A stretch of 60,000 bases of DNA from Lytechinus pictus. Taxonomy: Eukaryota. Location of the stretch: contig NC_087245.1 in assembly GCF_037042905.1 (NCBI RefSeq), positions 29,266,001 through 29,326,000 on the forward strand. The letters run 5' to 3'. The notes under the pieces are model-generated. The model was not told where the DNA came from. It saw nothing but the letters and a program-made list of their open reading frames with translations, and made no database searches. Positions 1 through 40,995 of the stretch are shown here, piece by piece. A program made the position numbers and the translations under genes. The number at the start of each line of letters is the position of its first letter. The first letter of the stretch is position 1.

Positions 1-920
1 TTATATCATAAGCTGTAGGATTATAAAACGATTGTGTTCATTCTGCAGAGAGTCCCCCTCCCCTTATACTCTTTCGAGGAATTTCAGTTACATAATTATT
101 ACAATGAAAACACATACTAAATGAATAAAAGCAAATTTAGTACGAGTCGATTTCAAGAAGTCTTTCGATAGCTTCATTTTTGTTTCTTTTTTTTTTTACA
201 AATGTGTTTTGAAATTGAATTCCATTTGCCTCAAATGTCAAATAATCCGATAAGCTTTTTTTTTTTTGTAATATGTACATTTTCAGATTTGTTCCAATAT
301 GCGTGAGTAATTCATTGAGTGAAATATCGGAACTATGCGGCAGAATGCCCTTTATGAAAATAGTTAAGATCAACAAGGATTTAGCTATGCCGTCACTGGC
401 GTATGGAAGAGGGGGAAGGAGTTCCACCGCCAAAGGAGAAAGAAAAAGAATGAAATGGAAATAAAAGGAAAGGGAAGGGTGAAATAAGACACTGTGTATT
501 TTTTATATATATATATTGAGTCAATGAATATATTTCAGTCGAAATATACAAGCCTACTGCCAAGATTAAAAAAGGTTTTTAAAAATACATGAAGATATTT
601 CTAAGACTTTACAGTTTACGTCCTCGTTCCATAACTTATGAAACCTTGCTCTACCCCCCTCACGTCACTGTAGACTTGGCTCACCAATACATTTAAACAC
701 ACAATTATTGCAAGCCATCCTTGGATAAAAAAAAAAGTTCCTACCTCTTTGGTAATGATGAGTTATTTCATCCATTTTAGACTAACTTCGATTAAACCTA
801 GATGCCGTTTCACAAAACTAAAATGAAGGTATTTCGTTAACTACGGCAAGCCATCTGATTGCATTCGCCACTTGTCTCTTTTTCTAAATGCAAGTCACAT
901 AATATAAAACTTGTTGGATT

Positions 921-1100
921 TATTTTCTCTCGAACTGTATTTGAATTGCGAAAGAATAATGATGTATTGAATGAAAAGTAAGATATGAAACAAAATAATT
1001 ACCTTATTTATTTATTAATTTATATAAAACATGTAAGATCTATTTTCTCTCGAACAGTATTTGAATTAGGAAAGAATAATGATGTATTTGAATGAAAAAA
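921..1100. repeat. Short diverged tandem duplication (period 120 bp)
   Basis: tattttctctcgaac...gaataatgatgtatt at 921 and 1041. Confidence 0.7.
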
Positions 1101-1480
1101 TGAAGAAAAAAAAATAAAATAGTTGTTTATTCATTTGTTTGATTTAGGGAAAGAATATACGACATATTGGCGATTGAAGTTCCACAATTACTAACCAGGG
1201 ATGGCCCAAACGAAACTTGTTCCGATTAAAAAGTGTTCCACATATACATGAACTGAAAAGACGTATAAACAATAATAAAAACACATAGATGTGTTGGCGC
1301 AAGGGAACTCGAATTCATTAGAGAGGGGCAATAATCTAGGTAATTATGAAAGACGAATTAATACATGATATTCGAGAAGTCAATCAGGTTGAAAACATTC
1401 GAATCTGAATAAGAAACAAGAATAGAGCAATTAAATCCCATGTTTCATAGATGCAGGCTATGTTACAATGGAAAACACTC

Positions 1481-1719
1481 CGTCCCTCGGATAGGACGTT
1501 AATGGAGGCCCCGTGTAGAGGAGAGTAACCACCTTTGCACGTTAAGAACCCACTGCACTATTCGTATAAGAGTAGGGGGAAACCCCGGTGTAGTGGTCCA
1601 CCTGCATTCCCCCAATCAGTTATATCGGGAGGAGAGACCTGCGGGTCATAGTGATTCAGTTCGCTTTTCTCTTCCCAGGCACAGGTGACGCCAAAACAAA
1701 TAATAATAATAATAATAAA
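1481..1719 (+). mobile_element. 5'-truncated DeuSINE-like SINE with (TAA)n tail
   Basis: gtccctcggataggacgttaa...gcacgttaagaacccactgcactattcg..agagtaggggg..ccccggtg resembles the conserved Deu core; ends in (aat)n. Confidence 0.6.
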
Positions 1720-1782
1720 TCAACCCTAATACATGTAATAGTCAAAATGAAATGTGCGCACATGACATGTATTGATTACCAT

Positions 1783-2240
1783 CGCATACATTCGTAATTC
1801 CGAAGCTTCGTTATTCCGAAGGTTCGTAATTCCGAAGGTTCGTTAGGCCGAAAACGAAATGAGGTTCGTAATTCCGAAGGTTCGTTAATCCGAAAACGAA
1901 ATGAGGTTCGAAATTCCGAAGGTTCGTTAGTCCGAAAACGAAATGATTAACGAACCTTATTTCGTTTTCGGACTAACGAACCTTCGGAACAACGAACCTT
2001 ATTTTGTTTTCGGATTAACGAACCTTCGGAACAACGAACCTTATTCCGTTTTCGGATTATCGAACCTTCGGAATAACGAACCTTCGGAATAACGCCACAA
2101 ATGTTCGGATTAACGAACCCTATTACGTTTTCGGATTAACGAACATCGAGGTATAGGCAATTTACGTGTTTCGGAATTACGAACCTTCGGAATAAAGAAC
2201 CTTCGGAATAACGAACCTTCGGAATTACGAAGTGTAACCG
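1783..2240. mobile_element. MITE built from inverted arrays of a 16-bp unit (ttcgtaattccgaagg), 8-bp TSD
   Basis: TSD attaccat at 1775-1782 and 2241-2248; left half has units in + orientation, right half in reverse. Confidence 0.8.
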
Positions 2241-2959
2241 ATTACCATAGCCATGTTTGAAATATTCGAATTGTAAATCACATTGTAAGTCTAACTAATA
2301 GTCTAGAGGAAATTTGCTATCATTGCCTGCAATTGTTAGTATATTCAATGATAATTCTTCCCATCAGGCCGTCTCTGTCTGTGAAACAACACCTGGATCA
2401 CTGTTTATTTCACGATATGGCCTCAAATGGTAGCCACAAAGGCATGTTTATCGATTTAATTACAAGTTGATTTCAAATTTGGCGACCATTCCGTGAATTT
2501 ATAACACACAGGTCATTCCAGTGTCAAGTTGAATAAGTGCAATCGAGTGCAATCCACGACACCATAGTTTCCAAATGATTTATTGCAGGGATGTAGCCAT
2601 ATCAAATTGATCATTAAAGGTCAATTAGAGATTTATGACTAGGGTTCGGAAGTATATTGAATTAAAGCCTCATCCTTTTATTTAAGTGTCTACATCCGGT
2701 GCTTCATTTCAGTTTTGAGAATTCATTTTATTCAGATTTTTTTGTAAAAAAAAACCCAAATTATGATCGGTTATTTTCACTGCCATCCGGTGTGTAATAG
2801 GGAGCATTAGAATGGACCAATAGTATGCAATATGTTCAGTGCTTCAATCTTGCCGTTTCCTTAGATATGGCTAGGAGATATATGAATAATATTTTGAATT
2901 TTAAATAAATATGCTATTCTATTTAAGGTTCTCTAAGTGATGGCATTTCATACGTGCCT

Positions 2960-3310
2960 GTTGAGTGTTAAAAGCTGTTCGTAAGTTACGATGACTCTAC
3001 AACTGACTAATGACCCATTCTTCAGGTAGATGATAATAGAGCTGACTTAGCACCAATATAACTTTGCCTATAATAATATGTTCCAGTCGTGCGTCAAGTA
3101 GTGTGTAACTTTACGAACAACTTCACGAATCACACACCAAGCTGTTCGCAAGTTAAGAGTGACTTCAAGAACGACTGGTGATCCTTTCTCACGCGCTAAA
3201 CCATCGCAAATTAGCTTTTTGCTGTATATCATTTACCACAAGGAAGGATCACCAGTGGTTCTTGAAGTCGCTCGTAACTTTTACGAACAGCTTTATAAAA
3301 CGGCCCCCAG
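2960..3310. mobile_element. Two adjacent degenerate MITE copies in the CYP A 3' UTR region
   Basis: aagctgttcg(t/c)aagtta ... taactttacgaaca inverted ends occur twice (about 2971-3120 and 3139-3310). Confidence 0.55.
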
Positions 3311-3347
3311 GTTTGGGATATTGCGTAAAGGAAACTAAACGCCGAGT

Positions 3348-31268
<27,921 letters not shown>

Positions 31269-32612
31269 TTTGAATCAATCCAGCAGCTTGGAAATTTGAC
31301 AAGTTCGGCCAAACCGGTCAATACGAAGAAAGGTCTCCATACACTTACCCGCTTGCGTGCTGTATACAAGTGTAAAAAACAATCAACCTTTCCGCTCAAA
31401 TAGTTTTGTTAGAGAAAAAATAACAATGGCATTCATATCTCAAGAAATTCTAGGATTTCTTTTTTTTTCTACCTGTTGAGTTATATGTTTTGGCGTTGTG
31501 TAAAGCCAGAGGTGCAGTGTTGATTTGGTTCGTAACGCGCGACTTAAAAACGATCGTGCATTATTTCGTACGCTACAGGTTTCATATTCATCGAGGCACT
31601 GGTATATGGCTGTTCTAGGGTCAATCAAGGGCAGTGTGCCTCCCCCAATCGGCTGGCCAACATTCCGATCTGAAGAATTGACATTTTAAGCGCTTATTTT
31701 CATTAAGAACACACTGTGTAACCACTTCAAAAATTAATCCGTCTTTTTGCCCCCTGATCCTTATATCCTAAATACATGGTCATGGATAATAGCAAATATG
31801 ATTTTGAAATGATTTTAACCATACATCTACAATACTCCTTCATCATTATTCCTTAAATACAAGCAAAATGCAATGTACCATTGTGTGCAGGTGTTATAAT
31901 TTATAAGTTTGATAATGATATATGATATTAATTCTAGACAAATTATGAATCATATACGATCACATGTTGCAACAAATATTGGGCCCATCTGTATCTGAAT
32001 ACGATGTTGAGTTACCCCCCTCTCTCATATGGGTACAATTATGGAACTGGGATTTGTGGTGATATCACTATCAGGAAAGTCCTGTATTTCAATTACTGAA
32101 TCAACACTCCGAAGTGCAGTCACTATACAGACACTGTAAGTGCTAAATTTGCACTTCATTTTTAGAGTCTCCTTATATTATTTGATAATTATACAGAATG
32201 ATAACAGATCCCAATCCCTTTCAGTAATTGCTTTCCTTTATCATTTTGTTGTGTCTTATTATAATAATTCTTTATAGTGGAGCGGTTATGTGACAAAAAA
32301 TGGCCAAGATGCTCGGATCTGGCAGAAAGTGTGAAATTTGGCATACAGGGGTATTTTTGGGCGCTGATTTAAAAAATTGCCGGCCCCAAGCGATTTGACC
32401 ATCGGGTCGGCCGCCATTTTGAAATCCAAGATGGCCGCCATGAAAAATCATTAAATGTAATTTTCTTGAGTTTTACATGGCATGTGACACTGAAATTTGG
32501 CATATAGGAGTATTTTGAGACACTGATTTCAAATATTGCCGGCCCCCAGCAATTTGACCATTTGGTCGGCGGTAAAATGGCCGCCATCTTGATATCCAAG
32601 ATGGCCGCCATG

Positions 32613-34050
32613 CAGGCGCGTAGCCAGGGGGGGGGCGGTGGGGGCGGTCGCCCCCCCCAAAAAAAAACGTCCCCAAAAAGAAAAAAAGAAGGGAAAAAAG
32701 AGAGGAGAAAAGGAAAAGGGAAGGGAGGAAAGGGAAGAAAGGTAGCTTTGTGGTTTTTTTCTTCTTTTTTTTCTTTTTTTTTCTCAAAAGAGAAACTCCT
32801 TCACTCTTGCTCTAAATTTATATATGAATTTTGCTTCCGCGCTGCGCGCTGTTAAATGACAATATTGAAGTTCTCCATTGTTTCCCCCACCCTTTCTCTA
32901 ACCCTGTTTTTCCACCTCAGCTATATATATGTGTTTCTTGCCAGTTAAAGTTCAAATGTATACATTAGGGCATGGAATTAGAGTAAGGTTAGGCCGAAGT
33001 ATATGAAGCTATCTCTTTTTTTAATTGATCGCGCAACTTCTGGTCGGGTCGGCTCCGGGCGGGTAAAATCTTTATATCAATTTTTGCCGTCACCTCCATA
33101 AAGTCAACTTCTCCCGCTTTTCAGCTCATTACTAAACAACCATGATTTGGGGGCAAACAGGATCCTAATTTAAAAAGAGGAAGGTATAAAATTCGTGTCG
33201 AATTAAATAAAAAAGTACAATATTTTTTATCAAATTCTATTAAACTTTATATCATTTCCCAGCACATTCATCTCCCGTCCTGTTTTTCGCCCTCAGTTTG
33301 AAATTTTGAATGACACCTTAGTTTCTTTATAATTCAAAATGAAGCGCTTCAGGATAAGTCAAAGAAATTAGGCATCATTTTTTATACATTTTCAATAAAT
33401 CACAGAAGTTTTTGCGCACTATTTTCCTTGTAATAAAGTTCAATATTCTTAGAAAATCAATTGAATTAGAGCCGATGGGGTATTAGAGATATCTGCATTT
33501 GATGAAACGTACGCCCTTTAGTGAAATTTCAGAGTTTCATTGCTCTGCGCGGGGAGGAATATCTTCCTCCCGGCATATACACTTCTTCTCCTCTGTTTTG
33601 CGAGTTAAAGATATGCACTGTCGCTAAATTGTTTGTAATCAAATCTGATCTTTCCAAGGGAAGCATTCAATATATCTTTGAGAATACCCTTTTCTCGGGA
33701 CCCTTTTCATGGCAAAAAAAATGATAAAATGCTTTAGCTTCCGCGCTTCGTGCGGGGTTATTATTATTTTAATTTCCTCCATTGTATTCCGTTTTTGTGC
33801 GTTCACTATCACTTTTGAAAACAAGGTTCATGAAACAATGTTAAAAATCACAATAAAGTCACTGAATTGGAGCTGATATAGGTACTAGAGACAAGAGAAA
33901 CGGCTCCTTTTCATTTTAATTTATGAAACACCAAACTCCCCCTCCCTGCACCCACCCCCTAGGGAGCGCGCTTCGCGCGCTCTGTAAGTGTTGGCACGCT
34001 TCGCGTGCATTTACCGCCCCCTCCAAAATGAAATCCTGGCTACGCGGTTG
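32613..34050. mobile_element. hAT-type non-autonomous element (1438 bp) nested in the Academ-like left arm
   Basis: TIR caggcgcgtagccagg / cctggctacgcggttg; 8-bp TSD ccgccatg at 32605-32612 and 34051-34058. Confidence 0.8.
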
Positions 34051-37000
34051 CCGCCATGATATATTATTGCAATCATTTTCTCAAGTTTTATATGAACTGC
34101 GGTATTGAAATTTGGCATATAGGCTTAATTTGGGGTGCTGATTTCAAATATTGCCGGCCCCAAGTGATTTGACCATTGGGTCGGCCGCCATTTTGAAATC
34201 CAAGATGGCCGCTATGAGAAATCATTAATGTCATCTTCTTGAGTTTTACATGACGTGTGACACTGAAATTTGGCATATAGGGGTATTTTTAGGCACTGAT
34301 TTCAAATATTGCCGGTCCCAGCAATTTGACCATTTGTTCGGCTGCAAAATGGCCACCATTTTGAAATCCAAGATGGCCGCCATGAAATATTATTGCAATC
34401 ATTTTCTCAAGTTTTATATGAATTGCAATATTGAAATTTGGCATATAGGCTTAATTTAGGGTGCTGATTTCAAATATTGGCGGTCCCAAGTGATTTGACA
34501 ATCGGGTCGGCCGCCATTTTGAAATCTAAGATGGCCACCATGAAAAATCATTAAATGTCATTTTCTAGAGTTTCACATGATATGTGACACTTAAATTTGG
34601 CATATAGGGGTATGTTTAGGCACTGATTTCAAATATTGCCGGCCCCCAGCAATTTGACCTCCAGGTCAGCGGCAAAACGGCCGCCATCTTAAAATCCAAG
34701 ATGGCCGCCATAAAATATCGTTGCAATAATTTTCTGTAGTTTTGTATGAGCTATGGCATTAAAATTTAGCATATACAGTGTAGGTGTAGTTTAGGGCACT
34801 TATTTCAAATAGTCTTACCACCAGGTCAGCCGCCATCTTGAAATCTAACATGGCCGCCATGAAAATCACTAACAATCATTTTTTTTAATTTTACATGTGC
34901 TCTGAACTTTGGCAAATAGAGTACCTATTTTGGGGTGCTGATTTCAAATATTGCCAGCCACAAGTGATCTGACCATCAGTTCAGCGGCAAGATGGCTGCC
35001 ATGAAAAACCATATCAAAATAATTTTCTTGGATGTTACATTATATATGACACCACAATTTGGCATACAGAAGTATGTGGCACTGATTTTTGCCGGCCACC
35101 AGCAATGTAACCACCGGGTTTCGGCAAAATGACCGCCATGAATTAAAAGCAATGATAATTGTCTTGAGATTTATATGAACTCTGGCCCTGAAAGTTGTCA
35201 TATAGGCATATATTTAGGCACTGATTATTGTCAGACCCCTGTTTGGTTACCATTTTGAAATACAAGATGGCCGCCATGAAAGATAATTTGCTCAAGTCTT
35301 ACGTATGGCCTGTAACACTTTGAATTTGGAGAAAAACTTGATCTTTGCATCCTTGATCAATGAAAAAAAAACATAATAAATAGATGCTATTTTGAATTCC
35401 AATATGGTTACCAAGTTTGAATGATGTACAAAATTATTGTATTGGCACTGAAAACAAATCAAACACAACCACATCTTTGTCCGTTGCAAGGATTATAATA
35501 CTTTGGCACCCTTAATTGCTGATATAGATGTTACGTAAGTATGAAGCACCATAAATACACAATCCAGCTAGCTTCTTCTGCAGTTACATATTTGAAGTGG
35601 CTTTGGTTGAATAATAACCATCCGGAACAATCATTTTCTGTTGAGAGGCTGTAAATTATTTCTTTGAGTTTTATATGATCTGCAGTATTGCACTTTGACA
35701 TATCGACGGAGTGCGGGGTGCTTATTTAAAATATTGCTGGCCCTCAGCGATCTGATCCCCTGAGTCAGAAGCAAACTGTCAGCCATCTTGAAATCCAAGA
35801 TGGCTGCCATGAAAAAAGATCATTAAAAAATCACTAGTCACTAGTCATTAATCTAGTATTACGTAATTAACGTATTATTCTAAAATTTGGCATCTAGGGA
35901 TATTGAAATTGTTTTTGATTTGTGACGTCATATACTGTACGAGCAGCTGCCCCATTATGTTGTGTGATATAAAATGCACAAATGGTTCATCATGGGTAAT
36001 TTTTTTTTCTGGAGCGGGTGTGAAATCATTTGTTTGTTGATATACTGAGGGTTCAATAAAAAACATTTTCATTTTTTTTTAGGAGGCTACATTTCATTGA
36101 TTTTTGTACTATAAGAAACATGGGGGAACTGCTTGCATCTGACGTCACAAATACACCAAATGAAATTCCAATAGCTTTTTAAATATTTGATGGAATATCC
36201 TCAAACCTTCAATATTCTTTCATTATTTATTATGTTATTGTTTCAATAAATTTTTTGTCAGGGTGAACTTCCCCTTTAATTTGTTGACCACCAAAGTTGA
36301 CCACCAAAGTTGCTTCTACCCTGGTAGAAGCAACTTTTAACATCTTTTGGTCTGATGCTGTCGGAGCTTGAACTCCCGATCTCCCGATTGTGAGGCGAAC
36401 ATGCTCCCATTGTCAGATTGTCGAACACACGATGGTTATCAATTGAATCGTTCCAAAATAATTCCTGGAGATATGTAAGATTCATAGTCAATCGTCTAGC
36501 ATATAAATGATTGATAGCAATAATAGATGGATTGCCATCAGTTATACCATACATGAATTTTGATTCGTGCTATCATATTGTACTTATTTTTCCCCACAAT
36601 AATCAATATTTAGAACTAAGCTAGGTAATCATGTCCTTTGTGTCATGATGGGTCATATGGGAATTTAAAATGGCAGATAAAGTGTGTTATGTGTTATATG
36701 TTCATTATCTATCCATATTTGAAATTAACATACTGTACAATACAAGTTATTGCTTTATAATACCAATTTACAGTGTCACAGGTAATGTAGAATTCAGGAA
36801 AACATTTTTGAAAGATATTTCGTAGTAGCCATCTTAGATTTCAAAGTGGCGGTAATTTTCAGCTGACCCGGCGGATCAATCACTGGGGCAGCAGGCCAAA
36901 ACCTGCCTGTATGTCTAAAATGCAGTGCCTCAAATTATTTAAAACTGAAGAAAATGATTTTAATGAATTTTCATGACAGTCGACCCTCTCTAGATTTCAA

Positions 37001-40000
37001 GATGGTGGCCATTTTGCAGCATATCTATTGGACAGATTACTGGGGGGAAATTTCAATACCCCCAGATGCCAAATTTCACAATAATACCTACGTTATAATT
37101 ATGATTCTTGATTTTTTTTAATGATTTTTTTTATGGCAGCCATCTTGGATTTCAAGATGGCTGCCATTTTGCAGCTGAGGTATCACAGGCCTAAAACATT
37201 TCCCATAGACTCATGTGTTAAAGAGGCGCTCCAAAAAAAATAAGGATGAAATTCGAGGGTTGAATGTGTAGTACCAGTGGATAGGATATATGTCTGACAT
37301 TCCATATCTGACCAGAAAAGGGTACCTCGACCAGCTCATTTTAAAAATATTTTCATGGCAAAAAAAATGATAAAATGCTTTAGCTTCCGCGCTTCGTGCG
37401 GGGTTATTATTATTTTAATTTCCTCCATTGTATTCCGTTTTTGTGCGTTCACTATCACTTTTGAAAACAAGGTTCATGAAACAATGTTAAAAATCACAAT
37501 AAAGTCACTGAATTGGAGCTGATATAGGTACTAGAGACAAGAGAAACGGCTCCTTTTCATTTTAATTTATGAAACACCAAACTCCCCCTCCCTGCACCCA
37601 CCCCCTAGGGAGCGCGCTTCGCGCGCTCTGTAAGTGTTGGCACGCTTCGCGTGCATTTACCGCCCCCTCCAAAATGAAATCCTGGCTACGCGGTTGCCGC
37701 CATGATATATTATTGCAATCATTTTCTCAAGTTTTATATGAACTGCGGTATTGAAATTTGGCATATAGGCTTAATTTGGGGTGCTGATTTCAAATATTGC
37801 CGGCCCCAAGTGATTTGACCATTGGGTCGGCCGCCATTTTGAAATCCAAGATGGCCGCTATGAGAAATCATTAATGTCATCTTCTTGAGTTTTACATGAC
37901 GTGTGACACTGAAATTTGGCATATAGGGGTATTTTTAGGCACTGATTTCAAATATTGCCGGTCCCAGCAATTTGACCATTTGTTCGGCTGCAAAATGGCC
38001 ACCATTTTGAAATCCAAGATGGCCGCCATGAAATATTATTGCAATCATTTTCTCAAGTTTTATATGAATTGCAATATTGAAATTTGGCATATAGGCTTAA
38101 TTTAGGGTGCTGATTTCAAATATTGGCGGTCCCAAGTGATTTGACAATCGGGTCGGCCGCCATTTTGAAATCTAAGATGGCCACCATGAAAAATCATTAA
38201 ATGTCATTTTCTAGAGTTTCACATGATATGTGACACTTAAATTTGGCATATAGGGGTATTTTTAGGCACTGATTTCAAATATTGCCGGCCCCCAGCAATT
38301 TGACCTCCAGGTCAGCGGCAAAACGGCCGCCATCTTAAAATCCAAGATGGCCGCCATAAAATATCGTTGCAATAATTTTCTGTAGTTTTGTATGAGCTAT
38401 GGCATTAAAATTTAGCATATACAGTGTAGGTGTAGTTTAGGGCACTTATTTCAAATAGTCTTACCACCAGGTCAGCCGCCATCTTGAAATCTAACATGGC
38501 CGCCATGAAAATCACTAACAATCATTTTTTTTAATTTTACATGTGCTCTGAACTTTGGCAAATAGAGTACCTATTTTGGGGTGCTGATTTCAAATATTGC
38601 CAGCCACAAGTGATCTGACCATCAGTTCAGCGGCAAGATGGCTGCCATGAAAAACCATATCAAAATAATTTTCTTGGATGTTACATTATATATGACACCA
38701 CAATTTGGCATACAGAAGTATGTGGCACTGATTTTTGCCGGCCACCAGCAATGTAACCACCGGGTTTCGGCAAAATGACCGCCATGAATTAAAAGCAATG
38801 ATAATTGTCTTGAGATTTATATGAACTCTGGCCCTGAAAGTTGTCATATAGGCATATATTTAGGCACTGATTATTGTCAGACCCCTGTTTGGTTACCATT
38901 TTGAAATACAAGATGGCCGCCATGAAAGATAATTTGCTCAAGTCTTACGTATGGCCTGTAACACTTTGAATTTGGAGAAAAACTTGATCTTTGCATCCTT
39001 GATCAATGAAAAAAAAACATAATAAATAGATGCTATTTTGAATTCCAATATGGTTACCAAGTTTGAATGATGTACAAAATTATTGTATTGGCACTGAAAA
39101 CAAATCAAACACAACCACATCTTTGTCCGTTGCAAGGATTATAATACTTTGGCACCCTTAATTGCTGATATAGATGTTACGTAAGTATGAAGCACCATAA
39201 ATACACAATCCAGCTAGCTTCTTCTGCAGTTACATATTTGAAGTGGCTTTGGTTGAATAATAACCATCCGGAACAATCATTTTCTGTTGAGAGGCTGTAA
39301 ATTATTTCTTTGAGTTTTATATGATCTGCAGTATTGCACTTTGACATATCGACGGAGTGCGGGGTGCTTATTTAAAATATTGCTGGCCCTCAGCGATCTG
39401 ATCCCCTGAGTCAGAAGCAAACTGTCAGCCATCTTGAAATCCAAGATGGCTGCCATGAAAAAAGATCATTAAAAAATCACTAGTCACTAGTCATTAATCT
39501 AGTATTACGTAATTAACGTATTATTCTAAAATTTGGCATCTAGGGATATTGAAATTGTTTTTGATTTGTGACGTCATATACTGTACGAGCAGCTGCCCCA
39601 TTATGTTGTGTGATATAAAATGCACAAATGGTTCATCATGGGTAATTTTTTTTTCTGGAGCGGGTGTGAAATCATTTGTTTGTTGATATACTGAGGGTTC
39701 AATAAAAAACATTTTCATTTTTTTTTAGGAGGCTACATTTCATTGATTTTTGTACTATAAGAAACATGGGGGAACTGCTTGCATCTGACGTCACAAATAC
39801 ACCAAATGAAATTCCAATAGCTTTTTAAATATTTGATGGAATATCCTCAAACCTTCAATATTCTTTCATTATTTATTATGTTATTGTTTCAATAAATTTT
39901 TTGTCAGGGTGAACTTCCCCTTTAATTTGTTGACCACCAAAGTTGACCACCAAAGTTGCTTCTACCCTGGTAGAAGCAACTTTTAACATCTTTTGGTCTG

Positions 40001-40995
40001 ATGCTGTCGGAGCTTGAACTCCCGATCTTCCGATTGTGAGGCGAACATGCTCCCATTGTCAGATTGTCGAACACACGATGGTTATCAATTGAATCGTTCC
40101 AAAATAATTCCTGGAGATATGTAAGATTCATAGTCAATCGTCTAGCATATAAATGATTGATAGCAATAATAGATGGATTGCCATCAGTTATACCATACAT
40201 GAATTTTGATTCGTGCTATCATATTGTACTTATTTTTCCCCACAATAATCAATATTTAGAACTAAGCTAGGTAATCATGTCCTTTGTGTCATGATGGGTC
40301 ATATGGGAATTTAAAATGGCAGATAAAGTGTGTTATGTGTTATATGTTCATTATCTATCCATATTTGAAATTAACATACTGTACAATACAAGTTATTGCT
40401 TTATAATACCAATTTACAGTGTCACAGGTAATGTAGAATTCAGGAAAACATTTTTGAAAGATATTTCGTAGTAGCCATCTTAGATTTCAAAGTGGCGGTA
40501 ATTTTCAGCTGACCCGGCGGATCAATCACTGGGGCAGCATGCCAAAACCTGCCTGTATGTCTAAAATGCAGTGCCTCAAATTATTTAAAACTGAAGAAAA
40601 TGATTTTAATGAATTTTCATGACAGTCGACCCTCTCTAGATTTCAAGATGGTGGCCATTTTGCAGCATATCTATTGGACAGATTACTGGGGGGAAATTTC
40701 AATACCCCCAGATGCCAAATTTCACAATAATACCTACGTTATAATTATGATTCTTGATTTTTTTTAATGATTTTTTTTATGGCAGCCATCTTGGATTTCA
40801 AGATGGCTGCCATTTTGCAGCTGAGGTATCACAGGCCTAAAACATTTCCCATAGACTCATGTGTTAAAGAGGCGCTCCAAAAAAAATAAGGATGAAATTC
40901 GAGGGTTGAATGTGTAGTACCAGTGGATAGGATATATGTCTGACATTCCATATCTGACCAGAAAAGGGTACCTCGACCAGCTCATTTTAAAAATA
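33704..40995. repeat. Near-identical 3646-bp tandem duplication (33704-37349 / 37350-40995)
   Basis: All short ORFs recur at +3646; only about 3 substitutions seen by eye. Confidence 0.95.

Noticed and set aside
1783..2240. 16-bp repeat array as CRISPR or iteron
   Set aside because: Inverted arrangement with an 8-bp TSD identifies a MITE.
36276..36554. 92-aa ORF (duplicated at 39922-40200) as a transposase remnant
   Set aside because: No recognisable motif; its duplication is explained by the 3646-bp tandem repeat.
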